The notes under the pieces: model-generated | What the model saw: the letters and a program-made list of their open reading frames with translations, nothing else | What the model was told of the DNA's origin: nothing | Database searches by the model: none | Made by a program: the position numbers and the translations under genes | Assembly (NCBI RefSeq): GCF_963921235.1 | Contig: NC_086108.1 | Span: 105,030,001 to 105,094,000, forward strand | DNA from: Mobula hypostoma | Taxonomy: Eukaryota | Direction: 5' to 3' | DNA length: 64,000 nt | Shown here: one piece after another, positions 41,137 to 52,130 of the stretch | Numbering within the stretch: position 1 is the first letter of the stretch | How the letters are laid out: each line of letters begins with the position of its first letter

Positions 41137-43468
41137 GTGTGGTCTTACTTATTTGAGGCTTTGGAAAGATTTAATTTTGGTCTGGGATTTATTTCCTGGA
41201 TCAAATTGATCTATCATGCCCCTATGGCTGCTGTTATAACTAATAATCAAAAATCTCTCTATTTTAGATTATATAGGGGTACTTGGCAGGGATATCCTCT
41301 TAGCCCTTTATTATTTAACTTGGCTTTAGAACCCTTTGCTATTGCTCTTAGAGATACTAATACCGTTCAGGGTATTAAGAGAGGGGACAAAACACACAAG
41401 GTTTCATTATATGCAGATGACCTGTTAGCTTATATTTCAGATCCTAGGAAATCTATTCCTTATACGTTATCTATATTTTCTGAATTCAGCAGTTTTTATG
41501 GATACAAATTAAATTTACATAAAAGTGAGTTACTTCCTATTAATAATTACTCGGATCCAAATTATCAAGTACCTTTTAGTATTGCTAAAAATTACTTTAC
41601 CTATCTTGGTATTAAAATTACTAAAAATTTTAAGGACCTCTATAAATATAATTCTTTCCATTAATTGAATACACCAAACAAAAGCTTTCTAAATGGTCGC
41701 CTATGACATTATCATTAATAGGTTGAATTAATGCTATTAAAATGATAGTTTTACCAAAATTCTTATATATATTTCAGACAGTTCCTTCCTTTGTTCCTAA
41801 AATGTTCTTTGACAGAATAGATTCTATAATCTTATCTTATATTTGGAACAATAAAAATCCTAGATCGAGTAAATCCTTATTGCAGAAATTAAAAAAGGAT
41901 GGTGGTATGGCGTTGCCAAATTTTAGAATGCATTACTGGGCAATTAACATTCGATATATTACTTTTTGGATTCACTATTCAGATATACGTGAATGTCCTT
42001 CATGGTTGAATTTGGAGGAAAACTTGATGAAGGGGTTCTCTTTGGCCTCTTTACTGGGAGCTCCTCTTCCCTTTTTGTTTTCTAAGATTAGTAGACAAGA
42101 TTTTAATCCCATTATTAAACTTACATTAAGAATTTGGTTTCAGTTTTGTAGATTTTTTGCACTAAATAATTTCATTCTTTCCAGTAATATCCATCTCAAT
42201 TACTTTTTTTAAACCATCAATTTTGGATAAGGCCTTTTTAATTTGGAAAACCAAGGGAATAATAACTTTTTCAGGTTTGTTTTTAGGGGATTGTTTAATG
42301 TCTTTCTCTCAGTAAGTGGATAAATATGGTTTATCTAATGTACACTTTTTTAGATATTTACAATTTAGGAATTTTTTATGTGGTTTATTGCCAAATTACC
42401 CTTCTGTTTATCCACTTAATATGACAGATGCTCTCTTTCAGCTTAAACCACTTCAAAAAGGGTTGATAGCTATAATCTATAAACGGTTATTGAATTCACG
42501 AATAATATCTAATGATAAAATTAAACGTGCTTGGGAATCGGAATTTCAAGAGTCTTTTTCAGGTAATCAATGGAGTAAAATTTTTCATTGGTTAATAACT
42601 CATCTATGTGTGCCCATCATTCCTTGATACAGTTCAAGGTAGTGCATAGGGCCCATATGTCAAAGGATAAACTAGTGCGTATTTTTTCCAACATCAATCC
42701 TATTTGTGACAGATGTAATATTGAGGTGGCCACTTTAACTCATATGTTTTGGTCTTGTATAAAGCTAGATAACTTTTGGAGAGATGTTTTTAAAATGCTA
42801 TCAAAGGTCTTGGATCTGGATTTACAACCTAATTTACTTACGGCAATATTTGGGATTATCCCATCAGAAGCAGGAAATATTCCCGTTTCCGCTCAACGTA
42901 TGATAGCCTTTTCAACTTTATTAGCTAGGAGAGCCATTTTATTGAAGTGGAAGGATTCTAATCCACCTTCTGTCTTTTTTTGGCTTTCCTCCATTATGTC
43001 CTGTTTAAGTTTAAACAAAATAAGAAGTCATTTGATACATCCTTTAAATTTGAGAAAATATGGTGACCTTTTATTTTATATTTTCATCTGATTTGATTTA
43101 TTATTCTTCCAATTATTTTACTTTTTCGAAGCTTTAGATTTGATCAGAAAGTCTTTCCTTTTTTCTTGATTGTATCCTCCTAATGGACTGCCCAGTCCCC
43201 TTTTTTCCTGTCTTTTGTTTTAGTGTAGTGGGTTTTTTTCTTTATTTTAAATTTAAAGTATTTTTCCCTCTCTTTATGAATAGATAAGAGGAGAATTAGC
43301 TGTCCTTTTTATTATTATATATTGCATATTTGTTTATTACTAAGTATGATTATGATAATATCCATTTTATCTTTTGTTTATATTATTGCTGATATATATT
43401 TGAGATAATTCTCCCCTTGTCTGTATATATGTTTTCTCAAAATCAATAAAAAGTTTAATTAAGAAAGA
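41137..43468 (+). mobile_element. 5'-truncated L1-clade LINE (ORF2 RT to C-terminus)
   Basis: RGTWQGYPLSPLLF, SLYADD, YLGI, GGMALPNF, CDRC..HMFWSC. AATAAA followed by an A-rich tail, with a 10-bp TSD AAGAGCATAA (41127-36, 43469-78). Confidence 0.93.
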
Positions 43469-44512
43469 AAGAGCATAAATAGCATGCCTAATGGAGTATA
43501 AAATGGATAACCCAAGCAAGAAAGAGAAAAGCTAAGAAAATTCTAAGGAAATATAATGTCCATACAAATAAATGGTCAGGCTAACAAAAGCACTGTAGAG
43601 TTTATAGATAGACTAAAATAAAAGCTTGGTGCATACAAAGCCAGATTAAATAGATACATGAAATCCACCAGATGAAGAAAGAAGAATTATCGGTTCAGAA
43701 ACAATTAAAAAGGTGTATATAGGACATTGAAACTAAATTCAACACACTGAAATGTCACCTATCCCAGCAAGGAATTACTAACAAACATGGAGATGATGAA
43801 CTTTTCATCTAATATCTGAAAGACTTCAGAACTTGAACAAGGCATTCATGGTCCTGATAGTAATATTTACAAATAGTCTCATCCCAAAGGCACTACACCA
43901 TAGCATTAAACAATTTGGACTACACAGCAATATCTATGTAATTTTTCAGAAAGCCATAATACTAAACACCATTAGCATAAATATATAGTGCTTCCCTGGC
44001 GTATATGATGAATTAACTCTTCTTAGGGCTCCAGCCAGGTACAGGTATCATTTATAATCAACACTTCAATGACAAACTCCACCATCTTCACCAGGGATGA
44101 TGCCTGGGCATATCTAGTCTGGTAGTATTTATACCCCCATAGGCCATCCCTCCTGATTGGTTAGTCCTCATCCAATCAAGGTGTGAGAGCAGAAACCTGT
44201 TTTCTTTAATTAAGGTATAGCCTAAGAAGCTTTCTCTGACTGTTGTGTAGATTTTTAATGTCTGTTATTCCTCTTCACCCTCCTGTCCTAGGTAGTGTTA
44301 ATCTAAGAATGTACATGATGTTTTCTGAAGTTTGTCATTTGAGTTTTTATTTTTCTTTGTACATTTTCCATATCGGTTTTGGACTAAGATATTATGCCAA
44401 AAGAATATGTTAATATGGGTATAGTGAAAGTGTTTATTGCCTTTGTTATATGTTTACTTTTGAGCTCTGTTTGGCAGATTTTCTTAAGCCTTGAGGTAAA
44501 TTCTGTCAAAAA

Positions 44513-44728
44513 TGTTGTGAATGTGGCCTAGTTACACAACAATGCTATTAATAGAAATGTTGGAGACGGGAGCTAAGTTTCATGGTTCTTTACTGGCATA
44601 ACCCAAACTCGGCATACACGTACAGATCAATATGCGCCTAATAGCGCATGCTCAGTATGTGCCTAATAGTGCATTCAGTGACATATAATAAAAGTAGTCC
44701 CTTAATATACAATAGGCTATACGGTACA
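44513..44728 (-). repeat. 3' LTR (216 bp)
   Basis: TG...CA termini. About 87% identical by hand count (about 22 differences in about 170 bp) to the other LTR. Preceded on the minus strand by the PPT. Confidence 0.92.
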
Positions 44729-44738
44729 CTCCTCCCCT
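44729..44738 (-). promoter_or_regulatory. Polypurine tract
   Basis: Minus strand AGGGGAGGAG directly abuts the TGTAC start of the 3' LTR. Confidence 0.85.
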
Positions 44739-44929
44739 GTTATTTTAATAGTGTATCAACTGTTTTTTTTACTGGGGCACTATACTAAACCAAATATGTT
44801 TACCCTTAACATACAAATGTCTACCATTTATTTACCTCGTAACTTAATAATATCAAATTATAACAAAGTAACGTAATAATATCAAATTATAACAAGCCTT
44901 TTTTTTAACTATTGGTCTAAGACCCATTT

Positions 44930-44980
44930 ATAACTCAAGTCTCTGGGGTGTCTTCTCTGTCTCTCCGGGTAACGTCTGTC
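44930..44980 (-). pseudogene. Remnant of the pol/integrase C-terminal tail
   Basis: Minus strand DRRYPERQRRHP resembles the RRYPxRxR(x)PP tail of K02A2.6-like Pol. Confidence 0.6.
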
Positions 44981-45086
44981 AATAAACTTGTTTGTTTTAA
45001 TACAGATTTCCATATAAACCTCATGAGAAGTTGACCTCTGAGCATAGGGAGTTAAGAAGATGTGCGCTTCCAACTTGCTAAGAGTT

Positions 45087-45379
45087 CTAGGCAGCAGATC
45101 GCCTCCGTATAATGAAGACTCCTCTGCGTAGCTGTCCTAGATATAAATGCATCTTTGTGCTATCACTTGTCTTCCTTACCTATATCTCATTTGTTCCAAC
45201 TGAGCTAACTACACAGCCAATCTTCGTATTCTCCTTAGATTCCAAATAGATAGCCTGACATTTATGATACCATCTCTTATCGTAATATAACTTTCCATCT
45301 TCTATTCGTGCTTCATATCTTTGTGCTGGTGATTGAGCAGGAGTGCTGGGAAGATGCTCAGAAGAAGACGGAGATGCTG
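45087..45379 (-). pseudogene. SUDS3: SUDS3 retrocopy, 3' part to the native stop
   Basis: [77 protein letters not shown]. Matches the SUDS3 C-terminus, with W changed to TAG at 45180. Confidence 0.96.
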
Positions 45380-46301
45380 TCACTTTTTGTGGAATACATC
45401 ATTTTGGGAGTTCAAGAAATACATGGTAAATTGGAGAACAAGGTTGCATTCTACGCTGGTCAACTTGCAAAGCGTTTGAACAGTAACTCTGATGTGAGAT
45501 CCCGAGGGCTGTGGTTCAGGTCCTCAGGGACTGTAAAAATAGTGCAGGATGTCTGTTCTTCAGGTATGATCTGAAGGAATGTACAATTTGCTTAGGAGAA
45601 CTCAACGATCCCATCCTGCTTCCATGTGATCATGTTTAATGTTAAAATATATAAAGCGGTGGCTTGAATCAGGATGACTCTGCCCACTGTGCCGTACTTC
45701 TCTAGATGGTGGTAATGTACCAGCGGTAACAGAAGAAATAAGTGAAGCTGTAGCAAAATTAGTCATATTTCGCAAGAGGTGTGATACATTTTTTGTAGCT
45801 TCGGTTTCCATGGTCTGCTTCAAAGATGACTTGCCACCAACAAAGAAGCGGTTGGTGATCTGCTGTTTCTGCTAGTTATTCAAAGTCGGGGCTATCCAAT
45901 GACCCACAGAAAGATCAGTACTTTACCAGTAATTGTTCACCATTTGATGAAGCAATTGATCAAGATCCTGTTGTTTGTTCCATTGTTCTTAAGCTGCTGT
46001 TAAAGTACAGTTTTGCTGATATTAAGGATTACCTGCAGTGCTATCTGTCTGGCTCACGAGGGAGAATTCCTTCAGGTGCACATTCAGCACAACAATAGAA
46101 ACCTGACAATTTGTTGCCAGAATTCGCCTCTGTTTTGATGCTGTTTCCCAACTTCTTTGTGAAAAACAAGACACATTGGCTGAGGATTCAAAATATGTAC
46201 GTGCAAAAGTAACCTTCCTGCAAAGGATTAAGTGCATGATTCCCAATGGAGGAAATGATTAGTCTGAGATTTACCTTGTGCGAAAGCTGTTCTGTTTGAA
46301 T
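45380..46301 (+). pseudogene. RNF213: RNF213 (mysterin) cDNA fragment, RING region, antisense to the element
   Basis: [111 protein letters not shown]. Resembles RNF213 as I recall it (CSICLGDAKDPVCLPCDHV, VILKLLLKYSF, VARIRLCLD, VYLVRKL). Intronless, disabled, with an apparent internal deletion near 46055. Confidence 0.9.
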
Positions 46302-46950
46302 GGAGATGCTGGTCTTTTAGGAGATTTAAGCTTATCGAGAGTGTGAAGATCTTCTATTATCTGTTCATCTGTTTACAAGTAACTTAACTGTGCAGGTGCA
46401 GGTTTTCATCTTTTGTCGGTAATTGGAACAGGGTCATTAGGTCTCCTCCTTAGTTTCCTAGTCGTTATGGACTTTACCTCCATAGAATCTCCTGTGAGTT
46501 CCATTGTTAGCCTCTCATTCTCAATCATCTTTTTCTTTTCTTCTAACTCAATTTTTATCTTCAAATTCCTTCACTGCTGCTTTCTTCTCTTTAATATAAT
46601 TCCTTTCCACTTGTTCTGTCTCCAGTTGCAGAAAAAGCTCTGCATTTCGTATTCTTTCCTTATATTGTTGATCTAGTTTCTTCATCCTTTTCTGATACTC
46701 CTGCAAAGTGCCTTCCTGTAACTGCTGTAGCTGTCTTTTGAGAGATGTCAATTTCTCCTGGTACATCTGTTCTTTTACTTCCAGGTAGTCTTCATTATCC
46801 TGCTTATTGGCAATATCTGTCTCCCTTGCATCTTCTATCTTCATCCGAGTCGTGGCTACGGATACTGCGTTCATCCTCATCGTCGACGCTCTCTAGCTCC
46901 TCCTCGTCATTGTAATAGTCGACAATGGGTGAGAGGAGAGCTGTGGACAT
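46302..46950 (-). pseudogene. SUDS3: SUDS3 (SDS3, Sin3/HDAC subunit) retrocopy, 5' part
   Basis: [108 protein letters not shown]. Intronless, with two frameshifts and two stops. Confidence 0.96.
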
Positions 46951-48156
46951 CTTCCCTGCCGAGCTGCCCACCTCTGTTGACACATCTAGTGCCTTGACGG
47001 TGTGCCAATCCAACTGGATTTTCCTGAGCCATTCATGTGCCAGCAATGGTGGTCCTCCATTTTTCAGTACATAGAGGTTCAGCTGCTGTGTTTTGTCTCC
47101 GTAGGTCACTGTCACTTTATTTTTGCCTTTGGGACGCACTTTCTGTCTTGTGTAAGTCTTTAGCAGTAGTTTAGTTCGTTTCAGAGTTATGTGCGAAAAC
47201 AGTCGTTTGGAGTCGTGTACAGAGATCACTGTTAAAGCTGAGCCTGTGTCCAACTCCATGTTCAGTCTCACACCCACCAGTTGTGGAGTGATCCATATTA
47301 CTGGTCAATCATCTGTCTCTTTCACGCTGTGAAGTTGCTGACAAGACAATTCACTTTTGTCTGAGTCGTTTTCATCAGAACTGCCTTCTTTCATTTTGTG
47401 CACCTTGTTGTATTTTCCTTTCTGGGGTTTCTTGTTTCTCTGTATTTTGCCCTTTTTCTGCTGTTGCCTAGCTTCATATACTCGGCCAATGTGGCCCTGT
47501 TTGCCACAGTTTCTGCATTCTTTGTCTTTAAACCAACAGTCATCTGGGTCATGTGACCTGTTCCCACAATAGTAACATATCTTTCCTTCATTTCAGTACA
47601 GTGACATTTTATTTGTGGCATATTCCAGAGATTTTTGTTGTACCTCGGAAGCACCCTGTGCCACTGTTTCCGTTGATATTGCAAAGTTTCGTGTTTTCTC
47701 GAATGTAAGGTCGCTTTCACACAGAAGCTTCTGCTGTGTGGTTTCACAGTGCATGCCACACACTAACCTGTCCCTCAATGCATCCGATAGACCAGCTCCA
47801 AATTGACAATGTTCTGATAATTTGCACAATTCAGCACAATATTCAGAAATGCTTTCATTTTTGCTCTGATTCTGATTGTGAAATTTAAATCTTTCAGCAA
47901 TGACCAGTGGTTTGGGGTTTAAATGCTGTTGGAGAGTGTCTACTATTTGCCTGAACGTTTTGTCAGCTGGCTTTTCAAGGGTTAACAAACTCCGTAGCAG
48001 CCCGTATGTTTTTACTCCCATAACACTGAATAAGACACTGGCTTTCTTTTCATCATTAACATTATTAGCATCACAATATAACTCCACTCTTTCAATGTAA
48101 GTTGTCCAGTCTTCAATGCCACTATCAAAAGCTGTAATGGTTCCGATCATTGCCAT
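46951..48156 (-). pseudogene. Gag plus aspartic protease of the LTR element (one frame, two in-frame TGA stops)
   Basis: MAMIGTITAFDSGIEDWTTYIERVELY...IAERFKF...LRDRLVCG (K02A2.6-type Gag). Knuckles CYYCGNRSHDPDDC and CRNCGKQGHIGRVY, protease MELDTGSA. TGA at 47593-95 and 47305-07 in the same frame. Confidence 0.92.
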
Positions 48157-48462
48157 CTCTGTGCTGGTGATTCAGCAGGAGTGCTGGGAAGATGCTCAGG
48201 AGAAGACGGAGATGCTGTCACTTTTTGTGGAATACATCATTTTGGGAGTTAAAGAAATACATGATAAATTGGAGAACAAGGTTGCATTCTACGCTGGTCA
48301 ACTTGCAAAGAGTTTGAACAGTAACTCTGATGTAAGATCCCGTGGGCTCTTCCGGGCTGTGATTCAGGTCCTCAGGGACGGTGAAAATAGTGCAGGGTGT
48401 CTGTTCTTCAGGTATGATCTGAAAGAATGTACAATTTGTTTAGGAGAACTCAACGATCCCAT
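48155..48462. repeat. Second copy of the SUDS3/RNF213 chimeric junction (about 305 bp) in the element's 5' leader
   Basis: Near-identical to 45317-45614 and lies between the PBS and the gag ATG. Confidence 0.93.
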
Positions 48463-48473
48463 GCTCGTCACCA
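48456..48473 (-). promoter_or_regulatory. Primer-binding site (tRNA-Ser-like)
   Basis: Minus strand reads TGGTGACGAGCATGGGAT, 3 nt after the LTR. This is 16/18 to the complement of the vertebrate tRNA-Ser(GCT) 3' end as I recall it (TGGCGACGAGGATGGGAT). Confidence 0.8.
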
Positions 48474-48476
48474 ATC

Positions 48477-49253
48477 TGTTGTGTATGTGGCCTGGTTACA
48501 CAACAATGCTATTAATAGAAACGCTGGAGACAGGAGTTAAGTTTCTTGATTCTTTACTGGCATAATCCGAACTCGGCACACACATGCAATTCAACACGTG
48601 CCTAATAGCGCATGCTCAATATGCGCCTAGTAGTGCATTCAATGACGTGTTACTAAAACGTGTTGGGGTATATGGGGGTGTCAGGGAGGGGTAGTGGGGG
48701 AACATATTGCGTCCTTTTCAAGGCTATTAGTCCACCTTTGGTCCCCACCTGGCACTCAGCTCTCACCTGTGGCTCCTTGTAGCTGTTTGCATGCGACAGC
48801 AGCCACACCCCGGGCAACGGCTTCTACAAGCCAGCTAAACTAGGAGAGGGCAGCTGATGGGTCTCAAACCCTCGGTGAGATAGGGAGTTGTCTATCCCAG
48901 CATGTGAAGACAGACTCCGGCGGATTGAGCGGACGAGACCTATGGAAGGTCCAACGGTCAAGAAGGTGGTCTCTGCAATGTGTAGAGCAGGACAAGACAC
49001 AGAAGACGTCCTGGTCATCCACTGCGCCAAGTCCCATCTCTAGCCGTCTCGACTCTTGTCTTGCCGCTGGATCCAGATGGGAATTAGGAAGAGAGAGTGA
49101 GGCTGACGCTGCGCAACTCTCCCTCACTTAAATCCAAATCACGCGCTAGTCTCGACACCATCAATTGTTGCCGAGGTCCTCATCGACAACGATGGACGAA
49201 CACGAACTAAAACATAAAGTAGTCCCTTATTATACTGTAGGCTACACGGTACA
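48477..49253 (-). repeat. 5' LTR, interrupted by a 546-bp insertion
   Basis: 48477-48659 plus 49214-49253 align with the 3' LTR. Followed on the minus strand by the PBS. Confidence 0.9.
48660..49205 (+). mobile_element. Short non-autonomous retroposon (probably RTE-related) inserted in the 5' LTR
   Basis: 8-bp TSD ACTAAAAC at 48652-59 and 49206-13. The 3' end CGATGGACGAAC resembles the 3' end of the RTE at 23364. Confidence 0.7.
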
Positions 49254-51224
49254 AAAAGCTTTCCCTTTATCACAGTATGATCTATTTTCTTTGCTTGTTG
49301 ATATCCTATATGTTTCATATTTATCCATCAGTTTTACTGTATCTTGCTGCTCTGTTTTGTATTCTGTTAGCTCTATTACACCTTTCTTTATGTTTGATGT
49401 TCTGTACTTACTGTTATTATTGTTTCTTTTTTTCTCTCTTTCTGTTTGCACTTTGCATAGTTTATTGTTTTTCGACACAATAGTATCAACGAATGACTGC
49501 ACACACAGTAGCACGGTACTATTACAGCTTGGGGCATTGGAGTTTGGAGTTCAGTTCTGGTGTTCTCCGTAAGAATATTTGTACATTCTCCTTGGGACCG
49601 CATGGGTTTCCTCCGGGTGCTCTGGTTTCCTCCCACAGTTACTAGGTTATTGTAAGTTTTCCCATGATTAGACGAGGGTTAAAATGGTGGGTTGCTGGGC
49701 AGTGGGGCTCATTGGGCCGGAAGGGCCTGTTCAGCGCTGTATCTCAATAAATAAATAACGAAGACAGACAAACAAACAATGCACAAAAGGCAGCAAGTTG
49801 TGCAAATAGGAAAAAGAACAAAATAACAAATAATAAATAAATAAATAAACACCGAGAACATGAGTTGTGGAGAACACTTTGTTTTTTGATCTAACTTCTT
49901 CTATTTTCTGCCTGATAGATGCTTCAGTCATAGCGAATGTTTATGTATAATTTGTAGACCCTGCAAGGAAGTCAGAAAAAGGCAAGCTCCTTGATGAATT
50001 TGTAAGAAAAACAACTCTTGTTGTGTTCAAGGACTCATTAATGCTTTTGAAAAAGCTGCCTTAAGGAAGAAACATTAATATCATATGCTGAAATAAATAT
50101 CGAAAGCACCATTCTATTGCCTTCTCCTTGTAACCTTTGATGCTCCTAGTAATCAAGAACTTATCAGCCTCTGCTCTACCTTAAATATACCCAATGACTT
50201 GGCCATCTGTGGTAAATGAATTCCACAGGTCTGACACCATCAGACTGAAGAAATTCCTCCTCATCTCTTTTATAATGGACATCCCTCTTTTCTGAGCCTA
50301 TGCCCTCTGATCCTAGACTCTCCCATTGTGGGAAACATCCTTACCATGTCAACCCTAGGCCTTTTAATATTTGATAGGTTTCAATGAGATCTCCCCCTCA
50401 CTCTTCTAAACTCCACCGAGTACAAGTCCAGAACCATCAAATGCTCCTCATAATTTAACTCTTACATTCCCAGGGTCATCCTCGTGAACCTCACCAGGAC
50501 CCTCTCAAATCCTTTCTTAGATAAGGGTCTCTAAATTGCTAACAATACTCCAACTGTGGCCTGGTTAATGACTTATAAAGCCTCATCATTACTGTACATC
50601 CTTGCTTTTATATTCTAGTCCTCTTGAAATGAATGCTAACATTATATTTGCCTTCCTTACGATCTACTCAATCTGCAGGTTAACCTTTAGGGAATGTTGC
50701 ATGAGGATTCCCAAGTCCATTTTCAAATCTGATTTTGGAATTTTTTCCCCATTTAGAAAATGCGCATGCTTTATTTCTTCTACCAAAGTGCATGACTACA
50801 CAATTCCCAACACTAAATTCCATGTGCTACTTCTTTGTCCATTCCCCCAATCTGTCTAAGTCCTTCTGCAGACTCCCTGCTTCCTCAACACCATATAACC
50901 CTCAAACTATCTTTGCATTGTCTGGAAGCTTGGCCTGCAAGCCATCAATTCTGTCATCTAAATATTAGGAGAAAAGAAATGGTCCCAATGCAGACCCCTG
51001 TGGCACACCACTGGTCAATGGCAGCCAACCAGAAAAGGCTCCCTTTGCCTCCCACCAGTCAGCCAATTGTCTATCCATGGTTTCCTGTAATACCTTGGGC
51101 TCTTGTTCAGCAGACTCATATATGACACCTTGTCAAAGTGCTTCTGAAAAACCAAGGAAACAAAATCCACTGGCTCCCCTTTGTCAATCCTGGCTATTAA
51201 TTCCTCAAAGAAATTCAACAGAAG

Positions 51225-52130
51225 AACTCCAGCAACACAAACAAAATGATGGAGGAACTCAGCACGCCAGGCAGCATCTATGGATACGTACAGTTTTGCG
51301 CTGAAACCCTTCAACAGGACTGGAGAGAAAAAGATGAGGAGTAGATTTAAAAGGTTGGGGGAGGGTAGAGAGAAACACAAGGCGATAGGTGAAACTGGGA
51401 GGGGGATGGATGAAGTAAAGAGCTGGGAAGTTGATTGGTGAAAGAGATATAGGACTGGAGAAGGGGGAGTCTGATAGGAGAGAACAAAAGGCCATGGACG
51501 AAAGCAAAAGGGGGAGGCGCACCAGAGAGAGGCGATGGACAGCAAGGAGATAAGTTGAGAGAGGGAAAGGGGGATGGAGAATGATGAAGGAAAAGTGGGA
51601 GGGGCATTAACAGAAGTTTGAGCAATCAATCCTTATGCCGTCAGGTTGGAGGCTACCCAGATGGAATATAAGTGTTGTTCCTCCAACCTAAATGTGTTCT
51701 CATCACAACAGTAGAGGAGACCATGGATTGACATATTGAAATTGGAATGGGAAGTGGAATCCCATTTCTTCTGGCAGACGGAGCATTGGTACTTGGCAAA
51801 ACTACTTCGGTCTCACCAATATAGAGGAGGCCACAGCGGGAGCACTGGACACAGTACATGGCGCCAACAAACTCACTACTGAAATGTGGCCTCATCTGGA
51901 AGGACTGTTTGGGGCCCTGAATGGTAGTGAGGGAGGAGGTGGAGGGGCAGGTGTAGCACTTCCTCTGCTTACAAGGAGAAGCGTCAGGAGGGAGATTAGT
52001 GTGGAGGGACGAATGGACAAGGGAGTTGCTTTGGGAGTGATTCCTGCAGATGTGCTTGGCAGTGGGATCCTGTTGGAGGTGACGGAAGTTATGGAGAATT
52101 ATGCGCTAGACGCAAAGGCTGGTGAGCATT
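51225..52130 (-). mobile_element. Penelope-like element fragment with GIY-YIG remnant
   Basis: YCVQCSRCGLLYIGET plus a terminal repeat carrying a hammerhead remnant. Confidence 0.85.

Larger units (their letters stand above)
44513..49253 (-). mobile_element. Non-autonomous Gypsy/Mag (K02A2.6-like) LTR retrotransposon carrying captured host cDNAs (SUDS3, RNF213)
   Basis: Direct terminal repeats TGTTGTG...CGGTACA at 44513-44728 and 48477-49253. PBS next to one LTR and PPT next to the other. gag with CCHC knuckles and a DTGS protease. Flanks are an interrupted R4-like LINE with an AAAA(A/G) target duplication. Confidence 0.93.
44200..49410 (-). mobile_element. R4/Dong-like LINE fragment hosting the LTR element (44200-44512 plus 49254-49410)
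   Basis: The two flanks join into one stretch matching the reverse complement of about 35160-35640. Confidence 0.8.

Noticed and set aside
45378..46275. RNF213 insert as a spliceable intron restoring SUDS3 (minus-strand AAG|GTAAAT donor, GACAG| acceptor)
   Set aside because: The acceptor lacks a pyrimidine tract and the splice would not restore the SUDS3 frame.
45087..46950. Functional SUDS3 gene
   Set aside because: It is intronless, has two frameshifts, three premature stops and a foreign insertion, and lies inside an LTR element.
48116..48565. 149-aa plus-strand ORF as a novel gene
   Set aside because: It is a patchwork of antisense gag, antisense SUDS3, an RNF213 fragment cut within the RING, the PBS and the LTR.
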